From contig CBDVCA010000004.1 of NCBI GenBank assembly GCA_965372365.1, forward strand, positions 1-51,497: a stretch of 51,497 nt of DNA. Direction: 5' to 3'. Positions 1-9,222 of this stretch are shown here, in pieces. The stretch is from an uncultured bacterium (GTDB taxonomy: Bacteria; Planctomycetota; Phycisphaerae; SM23-33; FEN-1343). Every line of letters begins with the position of its first letter. Positions within the stretch are counted from its first letter, which is position 1. Position numbers and translations under genes: made by a program. Under the pieces are notes generated by a model. The model did not search any database, was not told the origin of the DNA, and was given only the letters and a program-made list of their open reading frames with translations.

Positions 1-63
1 GCCAAGCAAACCACCCTAATGGGAGGAGAACCGAAACAAACTGTGAACGGTTACATCAAATCT

Positions 64-228
64 ACTCGGGGGGCATCATCCGTCGAACCACCCTGCACTG
101 TAGGGGGGTCGAACGTGGCGCGACCGTCCGCTCAGCGCATCGAGCCTTCACTTCCGGCCGATTAGCATCAAATCCACTCGGGGGCATCATCCGTCCAACC
201 ACCCCCTGCACTGCAGGGGGCTAGTAAC
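64..228. repeat. Two direct copies of a REP/REPIN-type end (…CATCATCCGTC(G/C)AACCACCC(CC)TGCACTG(T/C)AGGGGG), the second ending in CTAGTAAC
   Basis: 64-108 and 176-224 are near-identical; same palindromic CCCCCTGCA-N-TGCAGGGGG-CTAG end as the repeats at 14162, 38929, 40345 and 51139. Confidence 0.75.
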
Positions 229-394
229 AGCAGGCGTTCGTGTTCATTGGTTCTCATCTCCTTTCACTTCTTCTACCAAACTCCCATCGTAGTTCAGGCT
301 TCGTGCGCAGGGGTCGCTGCGATGGATATGCTCGCCTTCGATGTATGCGTTGCGGATGGGCCGCGGCGTCTCAGGATCGACAGGAGAGCCACCG

Positions 395-739
395 ATGAGC
401 GAGCAAGCGTGCGTGAAGTGTGGGCAGGTTGTGCCGGCGTACTATCTGAGCCAGGGGTATTGCGACTGCTGCAAGTGGGATACGTGGATTCCGGCGGGCT
501 TCGACAGGCGTGAGCAATACGCCGTGAGCAAGATATGGGGTCACGTCAACGCGACGAAGCGGCCGGCCCTGGGCGTGTCGTTCCTCGACGATCGGCGGCT
601 GGCGGCCGGGGAGCTGTTGGCGATGTGCAAGAACGTGCCGCGTTCGTGGACGTGGGCCCCGGGTTCGGGGGGTGGTGCGACGGCGGGGGGCGGGAAATCC
701 GCCGTCTTGGAGACGCATACCTCTGGAACGCGCCACTAG
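395..739 (+). CDS. Small Zn-ribbon-like phage protein
   Basis: AGGAG upstream of ATG 395; CVKC…CDCC motif; co-oriented with the phage cluster. Confidence 0.5.
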   Translation: MSEQACVKCGQVVPAYYLSQGYCDCCKWDTWIPAGFDRREQYAVSKIWGHVNATKRPALGVSFLDDRRLAAGELLAMCKNVPRSWTWAPGSGGGATAGGGKSAVLETHTSGTRH

Positions 740-755
740 GGTGAGGGGGTACAGC

Positions 756-1070
756 ATGATTTCAACGGCGATCGACAAGACGGCGTCCCACGCGAATTTG
801 CTGTCGCGACTTCGGCTTGCCGGGCTGACGCGTCGGCAGACGCAATGCTTGTCGCTGTACTACTTCGACGGACTCTCGCAAACCGAGATCGGCGTCGAAC
901 TGGGCGTCGGCCAACGGTCGGTCAGTCAGCATCTGGCGTACGGACGGAAGAAACTGGCCGCGGTGCGCCTGACGGTGACTCGCCGGATTGTGGAGCCGCC
1001 GCAGATGGCGCAGATGGATATCGAGACGCTGGACAAACTGACGTCGCAACTGTTGAGAGGCAGGTGGTGA
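756..1070 (+). CDS. Sigma-70 region-4-type HTH regulator (late-gene activator candidate)
   Basis: LTRRQTQCLSLYYFDGLSQTEIGVELGVGQRSVSQHL matches the sigma70_r4/LuxR HTH pattern; GAGGGGG RBS; directly upstream of the packaging genes. Confidence 0.75.
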   Translation: MISTAIDKTASHANLLSRLRLAGLTRRQTQCLSLYYFDGLSQTEIGVELGVGQRSVSQHLAYGRKKLAAVRLTVTRRIVEPPQMAQMDIETLDKLTSQLLRGRW

Positions 1071-1071
1071 G

Positions 1072-1635
1072 ATGAGCACTGCGGAAATGGCGATCGAGTA
1101 CATCGACCCCGCCGAACTACTCCCGGCGGCGTACAACCCTCGCTCGATCAGCGACGGCGCCCTCTCGCGGCTGGCAGCTTTGCTCGACGCCCATGGGTTC
1201 GTCGATCCGATCATCGCTCGGCGTCGGGACAAGCTCATCATCGGCGGCCACCAGCGTGTGAAAGCCAACGCCCTTCGCCATAGTCCCGCTCCGCTCGTAC
1301 CGGTGGTGTTCCTCGACGACGTCAGCGACGATCGGGCCAAGGCCCTGAACATTGCGCTGAACAATACCGAAACCCAGGGCGACTACGACCCGGCCGGCTT
1401 GGCCGATCTGCTGGCCGAGATCGACGCGTCCGATTTCTCCGTTCCCGAGTACACCGGTTTCAGCGCCGCCGAGATTACCGAGATCGTCGGTGCTGACGAC
1501 GACGCATTGGCCGGTCTGTCGGCCATTCCCGAAGCCTACCAGGTCGTGGTCGAATGCACGGGCGAGGACCACCAGCGGGTAATCTACGAGCGACTGACCG
1601 GGGAGGGGCTGCGGTGCCGACTATTAACGCTGTAG
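1072..1635 (+). CDS. ParB/Srx N-terminal-domain protein
   Basis: L.PAAYNPR…GFVDPII…IIGGHQR…ALNIALN is the phage ParB-like signature. Confidence 0.85.
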   Translation: MSTAEMAIEYIDPAELLPAAYNPRSISDGALSRLAALLDAHGFVDPIIARRRDKLIIGGHQRVKANALRHSPAPLVPVVFLDDVSDDRAKALNIALNNTETQGDYDPAGLADLLAEIDASDFSVPEYTGFSAAEITEIVGADDDALAGLSAIPEAYQVVVECTGEDHQRVIYERLTGEGLRCRLLTL

Positions 1636-2699
1636 TATCGTGCGACGTTCCCGACAGCTTCCGCGTCAAGCAAGTGTCGGCGATGTTCGACGCGCCGCTG
1701 ACGGAGCGGTCGCGAGCGAGCTTTCGCGTGGAGATCCCCGATGAATCCGACGGCTGGTCGATCGGCGCGATCGTAGGGCCGTCGGGGTCGGGCAAGTCGA
1801 CCGTCGCCCGTCATGCGTATGGCGATCGGCTGTACGAGCCGCGTGCGTGGCCGAGCGATCGCGCCGTGATCGACGGGTTCGGCGACCATCCCACCCGGAC
1901 GATCGCCCACACGCTGACGGCGGTGGGGTTCTCCAGCCCGCCGGCGTGGGTGCGGCCGTACGCCACGCTGAGCAACGGCGAGCGATTTCGCTGCGACCTC
2001 GCCCGAGCCCTGCTGAGCACCGACGGACTGGTCGCGTTCGACGAGTTCACAAGTGTGGTCGACCGGACCGTAGCTCAAGTGGGAGCCGCGGCCGTCGCCA
2101 AGGCGATTCGGCGATGGCGCGTGCCGGCCAAGCGGTTTGTGGCGGTCTCGTGCCATTACGACATACTCGAATGGCTGCAGCCGGACTGGACGCTCGACAT
2201 GGCCACGTGCCAACTGGCAAGGGGGCGTCTTCAGCGGCCGGCGATCCGACTTGAGATCGTCCGCTGCCGGCATGACGCGTGGCGGTTGTTTAGTCGCCAT
2301 CACTATCTGAACGGCGCGTTGCACCGATCGGCCCAATGCTACCTTGCGACCTGGGACCGCCGGCCGGTGTGTTTTGCAGCGCTGCTTCCGGCGATGGGCA
2401 GAAGAGGCCATCGCCGTCTGTCGCGACTGGTGACGCTGCCCGATTATCAGGGCGTCGGGATTGGTGCGGCCGTCCAGGACGCCGTCGCCGAACTGTACGC
2501 CGCGGCCGGTTACACCGTCAGCGGGACGACCGGGCATCCGGCGATGATCCGCCATCTGAGCCGCTCGCCCCGATGGCGCATTATCGAAGTCGCTCGCTGC
2601 GGCCGCAAACGTCAGCAAGGCAAATACGCCGCCGCGGTCGTCTCTCGCGGGCGAGCTGTGGTGAGCTTCGCCTATCGGTCAAAGGCGCGCATCGCCTGA
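1614..2699 (+). CDS. ABC-type ATPase fused to a GNAT acyltransferase domain (predicted phage DNA-modification enzyme)
   Basis: Walker A GPSGSGKS, signature LSNGE, Walker B VAFDEF, H-loop VSCH; C-terminal W..F.RHHYL and RLVTLPDYQGVGIG (acyl-CoA-binding motif A); GTG 1614 after GGGAGG. Confidence 0.8.
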   Translation: MPTINAVVSCDVPDSFRVKQVSAMFDAPLTERSRASFRVEIPDESDGWSIGAIVGPSGSGKSTVARHAYGDRLYEPRAWPSDRAVIDGFGDHPTRTIAHTLTAVGFSSPPAWVRPYATLSNGERFRCDLARALLSTDGLVAFDEFTSVVDRTVAQVGAAAVAKAIRRWRVPAKRFVAVSCHYDILEWLQPDWTLDMATCQLARGRLQRPAIRLEIVRCRHDAWRLFSRHHYLNGALHRSAQCYLATWDRRPVCFAALLPAMGRRGHRRLSRLVTLPDYQGVGIGAAVQDAVAELYAAAGYTVSGTTGHPAMIRHLSRSPRWRIIEVARCGRKRQQGKYAAAVVSRGRAVVSFAYRSKARIA

Positions 2700-2733
2700 T
2701 CCGGCGACAGGCCGATAGGGATGGGATTGCAGC

Positions 2734-3162
2734 GTGGACCTCAAGTACAACGAGAACCAACTGATCGTGGATATCGCCGAAGGGCGGCTGATGTTCAGCG
2801 AGATCGCCGCCAAGCACGGCGTCGACGCTTCGTACGTCGGCAAGATCGCTCGCGGCAGTCGTCGCCCGGAACTGACGGCGCAGATCGAGAAGGCGGCCGA
2901 ATGCATCCGTCGGCAGAACCGGCGCCTTGGATCGAACCTTACACGTGTGGCGTGGACTCGATTGGGACGATTGACCGTCGCCGCCGAAGGGGTGGCCGAC
3001 GAGACCCAGCGGAAGGCCGCGGTCGACATTATCAAGCTCGACGCCGCCGACGCACCCCCGCCCCAAGCCGCCGCGGCTGCTTCGGCGGGACCGGATCTGA
3101 CCAATCTCAGCGACCAGACCAAGGACAAAGTGCTATCGGAACTCGGGGGGCCGGCGGACTGA
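2734..3162 (+). CDS. Putative terminase small subunit (N-terminal HTH)
   Basis: HTH-like FSEIAAKHGVDASYVGKIARG plus helical region, immediately upstream of TerL. Confidence 0.65.
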   Translation: MDLKYNENQLIVDIAEGRLMFSEIAAKHGVDASYVGKIARGSRRPELTAQIEKAAECIRRQNRRLGSNLTRVAWTRLGRLTVAAEGVADETQRKAAVDIIKLDAADAPPPQAAAAASAGPDLTNLSDQTKDKVLSELGGPAD

Positions 3163-3166
3163 TACG

Positions 3167-4633
3167 ATGAAGCGCCCGCAAACACGACAAGACCTATGGC
3201 TGACAATCTACCAGTTGTTCGGTATTCGGATGCCGCACAAGGTGTTCTCGCCAGGTCACAGTACGCCGTTCGACTTCATCGCCGACGCGTTCTTTCATCC
3301 CGGTCGCGACGTCGCGGCCTGGGCGAATCGGCGGGGGGCCAAGACGCTGACCGCGTCGATTCTGGCGGCGTTGGAGTATCGGTTCTCCGATGTGACCATC
3401 AAGGGGCGAGTGCTGGCGGGGTCGGAAGACCAGGCCCGGGCGCTGTACGAATATTGGGAGCAGTGGTGTTGGCGAATTCTGACCGATCGACTCACCGGCG
3501 TCCCCGGCCGGCTGATCACGCGGCTGGATAATGGCGATTTCGAAATCCTGGCCGCTTCGCCCAAGCGCGTTCGCGGGCCCGGCGTTCAGCGGCTGTATTG
3601 GGACGAGGTCGACGAGATCGACCCGGCGATTATGGCCGCGTCGGTGGGAACGCTCACCAGCCTCGGCGGCGCGCCGGCCCGAACGGTGGCGACCTCGACC
3701 TGGCACCATGCCCACGGTCCGATGGGGCGCCTGGTGGCCGAAGCCGACGCCCGCGGCTTTCGGCTGCACCGGTGGAATATCTGGGAGTCGATCGTCAACT
3801 GCCCGGAGGATCGACACCAAAACGGGCGCGGGTGCCAAACGTGCAAGCTGGAGCGGCCGTGCCTGAAGGCCGCCCGCCGCCGCGACCGGCGAGCCGAAGT
3901 GGGTGTGGCGGCCGGCGCCTGCGGCTTGTTCGCGATCGACGACGCCATCAAGCAGTATACCAACTGGTCGGCCGAGCAGTGGCAAGCCGAGGCCGAGTGC
4001 CGACGGCCGAGCCTGCAGGGCGTGGTGTACAGCGGCTTCGATCGCGGCGTCCATGTTCAGGCCGATCTCGATTTTGCACCCGATCTGCCGGTGTACCGGG
4101 CGATTGACTGGGGGCTGAACGACTTTGTGTGCCTGTGGATCCAAGAGGGTAAGAACGGCGAGGTGTACGTGGTCGACGAGTATTGGGCTCGCCAGACGAC
4201 TACGCACCAAGCGGCTCGGCATATTGGCCGACTGGACGCGTCGGTGGCCGTCGAAGCGACGTACTGCGATCCCGCCGGTCGCAACCGCAACGACCAGACC
4301 GGCTACAGCGATGTCGACGTGTTCGCCGCCGCCGGCATTCCCTGCGCGTACACGCTGAACCCGTGGGCTCGCGAGGTCCGCAACGGAATCAACCTGATTC
4401 GCGCCGCCCTTCGCCCGGCGGCCGGGCGGCCCCGGCTTGTGATCGCCGGCAAGTGCGCCCGGTTGATCGAAGCTTTTGAGAGCTATCGACTTCGCCAGGT
4501 GAACGGCGAATACATTGACGAACCGATCAAGCCGCAGCCGTGGGACCATCCCGCCGATGCGCTTAGGTACTACTTCGTGAACCGCCGCGCCCCTGTCCGG
4601 GCGCAGGCCCAGCAAATGAGATACTCCGGATGA
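3167..4633 (+). CDS. Terminase large subunit
   Basis: Walker A variant NRRGAKT, Walker B LYWDEVD, coupling motif TST, nuclease motifs AIDWG, YCDPAG, DHPADALRY. Confidence 0.9.
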   Translation: MKRPQTRQDLWLTIYQLFGIRMPHKVFSPGHSTPFDFIADAFFHPGRDVAAWANRRGAKTLTASILAALEYRFSDVTIKGRVLAGSEDQARALYEYWEQWCWRILTDRLTGVPGRLITRLDNGDFEILAASPKRVRGPGVQRLYWDEVDEIDPAIMAASVGTLTSLGGAPARTVATSTWHHAHGPMGRLVAEADARGFRLHRWNIWESIVNCPEDRHQNGRGCQTCKLERPCLKAARRRDRRAEVGVAAGACGLFAIDDAIKQYTNWSAEQWQAEAECRRPSLQGVVYSGFDRGVHVQADLDFAPDLPVYRAIDWGLNDFVCLWIQEGKNGEVYVVDEYWARQTTTHQAARHIGRLDASVAVEATYCDPAGRNRNDQTGYSDVDVFAAAGIPCAYTLNPWAREVRNGINLIRAALRPAAGRPRLVIAGKCARLIEAFESYRLRQVNGEYIDEPIKPQPWDHPADALRYYFVNRRAPVRAQAQQMRYSG

Positions 4634-6084
4634 ATGCATTCAACCCGCACCAGAACAGTCCGCTGTACGACACGCACCGCTCGCGCTGGCAGATGGAGCT
4701 GGACGCCAGCGAGTTCACCCTCGACGTGGTGGAGGCCGGGACGTATCTGTCGCGATTCTCCGACAAGGAGCATCCCGACGACTACGCCTATCGCAAGCGG
4801 ATGTCGTGTCCGCTGGACATGTGTCGCGACGGCGTTCGCATTCGCGTGGACAACCTGTGGCGCACGAACCCGCGGCGTACGGTTCGGCCCGGCAAGTACG
4901 CCGGGCTGATCGCCACGTTGATCCACAACGCCGACGGGGCCGGCACGTCGCTGGATGCGTTCATGCGAGGCGCCTGCTGGGACATGTACGTCACCGGCGT
5001 GGACGTGGTGACGCAGGTGACGGCCTCCGACGGGGCGAAGCTGCGGACCAAGGCCGACGAACTGGCCGCGGGGATACGTCCCTACTTTAGCCGGTTTTCG
5101 CCCCTGGAGCGACCCGACTGGGCCGTCAACGGAGCGGGGGGGTTCCTGTGGGCGCGATACTGCCTGGGGACCGACCCCCGCCTCGACGAGCGCGACGCGG
5201 TCGGATCGCCGGCGACGCGATTCCTCACGCTGACCGATTCGCAATGGCGGGTGTGGCGCGCCGACGCGACCGGCGACGGTCGCACAGCGGTGCGGCTGAC
5301 CGGGCGCGGGCCGAACGTTCTGGGGCGGCCGCCGATTATCAAACTGTATTTCTCCGAGTCCCGCAAGCCCGGCTCCGGCGGCGTGCCGCTGTCGCTGCTG
5401 ACGCGGCCGGCGATGGTGGCTCACGTGGCGATGAACCTCAAGAGCCAAGCCGACGCCGACCTGCTGGCGGCGGTCACGCGCTGGATGCTCTCGGGGGTCG
5501 GCGCCGACGAACTGCCCGATACCTACGCACCCGGTGTGGTGTGGAAGATTCCGAATCCCGAAGCCCGGCTACAGATCGCCCAAGGCGACGTGGCCCACAT
5601 CCGCGAGAAGCGGAAGTGGCTGGGGCTGTATCTTGCGGAGATCCTTCGCCTGCTGAAATTCCGCGGCGGCATGGCCGAGATCAACGCGACAGCCGGCAGC
5701 GGGCTCAAACTTGCCATCGAACGGACCGACCTCGACAACGAACTCCGCGCCACCGCCGGCCAACTGGAGGCGACCGAGCTGGAGATGATGCGTCAGGCGG
5801 TCTCGATGGTGACCGGTCGGGTGATCGCGCCGGAGGAGGCGGCGAGCGAGCTTGGCTACAGCGTCGTCTACAATCGCGACTACGCCCTCGAGCCGGTCGC
5901 CGAGATGCTCGCCAACATTCGCACCTGGGTTCGCGATTGCAGCGGCGTCGCCGCCCAAGCGCCCCAGATCGGTCGCGAGATGGTTCGACAACTGGCCAAC
6001 ATGCTCATGCGAGACGGCTCCGACGCTCACACCAAAGCCATGGCCGAAGTCGACGTCGCGATCGTAAGCGAAGCAGCCTCGTGA
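4630..6084 (+). CDS. Portal protein
   Basis: 484 aa, translationally coupled (ATGA) to TerL; E…DYAYR near the N-terminus and SG.K/A near the C-terminus typical of portals. Confidence 0.75.
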   Translation: MNAFNPHQNSPLYDTHRSRWQMELDASEFTLDVVEAGTYLSRFSDKEHPDDYAYRKRMSCPLDMCRDGVRIRVDNLWRTNPRRTVRPGKYAGLIATLIHNADGAGTSLDAFMRGACWDMYVTGVDVVTQVTASDGAKLRTKADELAAGIRPYFSRFSPLERPDWAVNGAGGFLWARYCLGTDPRLDERDAVGSPATRFLTLTDSQWRVWRADATGDGRTAVRLTGRGPNVLGRPPIIKLYFSESRKPGSGGVPLSLLTRPAMVAHVAMNLKSQADADLLAAVTRWMLSGVGADELPDTYAPGVVWKIPNPEARLQIAQGDVAHIREKRKWLGLYLAEILRLLKFRGGMAEINATAGSGLKLAIERTDLDNELRATAGQLEATELEMMRQAVSMVTGRVIAPEEAASELGYSVVYNRDYALEPVAEMLANIRTWVRDCSGVAAQAPQIGREMVRQLANMLMRDGSDAHTKAMAEVDVAIVSEAAS

Positions 6085-6403
6085 AACTGCCGGGTGGATA
6101 GTCTGGATTGAAGTGAAGGCGCCTACGCCGTTTACCTACGCAAGAATGGGGTTGACAGACGTGGCGAGCTCGATAAAATCATCTCGCATCGCAACTGGGT
6201 GGGTACCGGTCGATTTGCTGAACGCCTTGTTATTCTGGTTTTGTAAGCCGTTATATCTAAAACTGTTGTATGATATGCACAGGCGATGAGGATCTCTTGC
6301 AGGCGTATCAGCAATAGACGGGACTCGTGAAGGAATCTTGCCGATAATTAGCCATGGACGGTTTGGTATACGCTGGAAGTAGAATGGGAGAAGGACAGGG
6401 CTA

Positions 6404-6865
6404 ATGACGACCACCTCCAAAAGTAGTGTTCTCCGTCTCAATTGGAAGGAAGATGACGACACAAAGGTCGTTGTGACTCCGTCCAATCAGGACAGATATG
6501 TCAAGAGCGTCAAGAACGTGATCGAGGCCTGCCAAGCACAGGAAGCCGCCGAACGGAGTATCGCTCAATTCCAGTATCTTCTAACCCGTTTGGGAGAATG
6601 GGTCCGGGATCACCATGACAAGATCGCCCAAGCGTATGTTACGGTCCGGGACGTCACTTTTCTTTTCCTTGTAGTGCAGAAGAGCAAAGCCTATGACGCT
6701 GAGCTCGAGGAAGCACTGACGGACGTGGATTTGGAGATTGCTCTGTCTGACGAGTTCAGCGCTCTGAGACTCAGCGTTCTTGCGTTGCCCAGTGTGGCCC
6801 CCGATTCGCGATGTGCATTTCTCGACGACAATTTCGCGTTGGAGTACCATCACAGGGATGCCTAG
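6404..6865 (+). CDS. Hypothetical protein, putative antitoxin partner of the downstream HEPN-like gene
   Basis: Lower-GC insert; overlaps the start of the HEPN-like gene; weak nucleotidyltransferase-like beta/alpha pattern (LFLVVQK…D.ELEEALTDVDLEI). Confidence 0.5.
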   Translation: MTTTSKSSVLRLNWKEDDDTKVVVTPSNQDRYVKSVKNVIEACQAQEAAERSIAQFQYLLTRLGEWVRDHHDKIAQAYVTVRDVTFLFLVVQKSKAYDAELEEALTDVDLEIALSDEFSALRLSVLALPSVAPDSRCAFLDDNFALEYHHRDA

Positions 6866-7271
6866 CAAATCCGATCACCTCGCGCTTGCCGAGCGCAATC
6901 AATGTGCAATTGAACACCTGCAGACCGGGGAGGATGGGTTTCCTGATTGGGTTGCGACCGTCGCTTTCTACAAGGCGCTTCACCTCGCGGAGGCCGTTCT
7001 TGCCACGCGCGGGGTCCATTCACACGACCACGGTTGTCGCGAACGAACACTCAAATGCGATCATACGCTGCAAAAAATCTGGAGGCATTTCCGGCCGTTG
7101 CAGGCCGCTTCAGTTGTAGCGAGGTATCTGTCCGGCGGCAAGAACACCTTCTCGGCGTACATGTCTGCGGACGAGGTGAGAACGACACTGCTTGGGCACC
7201 ACCTCCACCAGGTGGAGAAGACAGCTCAGAAACTGCTCCAGCCGAAGCGAAGAAAGCCTCGCAAGAAATGA
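6858..7271 (+). CDS. HEPN-like domain protein (putative RNase toxin)
   Basis: HL.LAERN…DWVATVAFYKALHLAEAVL…H..R…S..ARY helical pattern typical of small HEPN proteins. Confidence 0.65.
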   Translation: MPSKSDHLALAERNQCAIEHLQTGEDGFPDWVATVAFYKALHLAEAVLATRGVHSHDHGCRERTLKCDHTLQKIWRHFRPLQAASVVARYLSGGKNTFSAYMSADEVRTTLLGHHLHQVEKTAQKLLQPKRRKPRKK

Positions 7272-7431
7272 ATTCGGTTTCATCCTCACTCTTGTGAGAT
7301 TCCTGCCGCCATCGTGAACCACAGCAGGACGCAGCTGGTTGCGGCCCTGTTCATTGGTCGATGAACTCCTGATTTATCCCGTTATCTATTCGGATTCTAC
7401 TCCGCGCACGCGCGTGAGAAAGGGACCCTTG

Positions 7432-8205
7432 ATGCCCCAAGAACATGACGATACCGCTGCGCCTCCGGGACCGGTGGTGCAGGACGCGGCCGCTGCGATC
7501 GATGCGGCGTCCGCCGGCTTGGACGAGCCACATGCCGAACCCGCCGGGGACGTTGTGCCTCGTGCGGAATTGGAGAAGGTCATTGGCGAGCGGCAGGCCG
7601 CCAAGCAGCGGGCCCGTAAGGCCGAGCAGCAGCTTGCCGCGATGCAAACGCCAGACGCCGACGGCGAGGCTCCGGACGGAGAGCCGCTGGCGGGCGACGT
7701 CAAACCGGTCGCCGGCGAGGACGCTGACGCCTTACGTCAGAAGCTTCTAGCGCGCGAGTCGCAACTGGCGGCGGTTCTTCGCGACCAGCAGATCAGGCGG
7801 GCCGCGGCCGGGGCGGGGGCGTTGAATCCCGACCAGGTCGTCGGCATCCTGCGAAGCCGCGTCGTGATGACCGAACAGGCCGACGGCGCGCTGGCGGCGA
7901 CGTTCCTGGACGAACAGGGACGCGTGCTGCTGGCCGACGACGGCGCCCCCGTGGATGCGGAGGCGTTCGTGGAGCGGTTCCTGGCCGATGCAGCCAACGC
8001 GAACCTTCTATCACCCTCGTCGTCCCCCGGCAGCGGCGCGAGGCCGATGGGGGGGGTCGTCGAATCGGTCGGCGCGCCAAGCACGCTGGCCGAATTCCAC
8101 AGCCTGCCCCCCGACCAACGCCGAGCCGCGGCGATGCGAATGTCGCGGCGACAGCGCGAGGCCATGATGGGCGTCGTGCGTCCGGGCAGCGACGGTTACC
8201 TGTAA
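7432..8205 (+). CDS. Capsid scaffolding protein
   Basis: Acidic N-terminus, coiled coil, GA.NPDQV and PGSGA motifs; immediately upstream of the capsid gene. Confidence 0.75.
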   Translation: MPQEHDDTAAPPGPVVQDAAAAIDAASAGLDEPHAEPAGDVVPRAELEKVIGERQAAKQRARKAEQQLAAMQTPDADGEAPDGEPLAGDVKPVAGEDADALRQKLLARESQLAAVLRDQQIRRAAAGAGALNPDQVVGILRSRVVMTEQADGALAATFLDEQGRVLLADDGAPVDAEAFVERFLADAANANLLSPSSSPGSGARPMGGVVESVGAPSTLAEFHSLPPDQRRAAAMRMSRRQREAMMGVVRPGSDGYL

Positions 8206-8229
8206 CCCTATCATTGAAAGTGAAACTCT

Positions 8230-9099
8230 ATGGCGCAAACTACCACCACCACCCTGCAGTACTCGCTTCCGACCGAGCACCTCGTCGCTACGGTCATCCA
8301 GGAAGCCAGGCCGTTCAACGTCGTGGCGCCGCTGGTGATCAACGACATCCAGCCGCCGGGCCAGGGGCTGACGTGGCAGAAGGTGATTCTGCCGACGACC
8401 GCCGCGGCGGCCGTAGCCGAGAACGCCGACATCGTCTCGACGGCGCGAACGCCCACGCGGGCCTACGCTACGATCTCCGAAGTCGGCCTGTCGACCGAAC
8501 TGACCAAGCTGGCCGAGGAGTCGTCGCGGCTGGATAGCCAGGTCATTCTGTGGGCCGAGAGCCAGGGCCGGGCCATCGCCCAGAAGGTCACCGCCGATCT
8601 GTGCGCCCTGCTGGGCGACCTGAACGGCGGAACCGCCGTGGGAACCAGCGGGACGAACCTCGCCGTGTCCGACTTTGTCGAGGCGATGTACACCCTCGAC
8701 AACGCCAACGCCCCCGGTCAGAAGCGGTGCGTGCTGCACCCGCGTCAGGTGGCCGATCTGTTCGCGGCGCTGACCGGCGCCGGGGCGGTCTATCAGAACC
8801 TCCCCGAGCTGATCCGCAACGGCGTGCTCCCCGAGGGTCAGCCGGCGGCCGGGTTTGTCGGCCAACTGTTCGGGGTGCCGATCTACCAGACCACCGAGGT
8901 CGACGCCGCCAACACCGGGGCCGACGTCGCCGGCGGCATGTTCGTCAAGGAGGCGATGGCCTTCGTGCAGCTTCGCCCGATCACCGTCGAGTACGACTAC
9001 GACGCCTCCAAGCGTGCTCGCGAAGTCGTCGTCACGGCCGCCTATGGCGTGTGCGAGGTCATCGACGGCTACGGCGTGCCCATCGTCACCGACGCCTAG
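8230..9099 (+). CDS. Major capsid protein (HK97 fold, no delta domain)
   Basis: 289 aa; AIAQKV.AD, VLHPRQ..DL, GFVGQLFGVPIYQT, YG motifs; position after the scaffold. Confidence 0.85.
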   Translation: MAQTTTTTLQYSLPTEHLVATVIQEARPFNVVAPLVINDIQPPGQGLTWQKVILPTTAAAAVAENADIVSTARTPTRAYATISEVGLSTELTKLAEESSRLDSQVILWAESQGRAIAQKVTADLCALLGDLNGGTAVGTSGTNLAVSDFVEAMYTLDNANAPGQKRCVLHPRQVADLFAALTGAGAVYQNLPELIRNGVLPEGQPAAGFVGQLFGVPIYQTTEVDAANTGADVAGGMFVKEAMAFVQLRPITVEYDYDASKRAREVVVTAAYGVCEVIDGYGVPIVTDA

Positions 9100-9222
9100 A
9101 GCGAGCCGTAGAACACGCCTCGTTCCCCGTCGGCATCCATAGCCTCGTTGGTCGCCCGGCGCGCCTCGTGCGCGCCGCGGCGGCCGCGGGGCGCCATTCG
9201 CCGCCGCACCGAAAGGACATTC

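Noticed and set aside
1614-2699. ABC transporter
   Set aside because: No permease or binding protein nearby; GNAT fusion and phage context
8230-9099. Encapsulin nanocompartment
   Set aside because: Flanked by terminase, portal, scaffold and tail genes, so a virion capsid is more parsimonious
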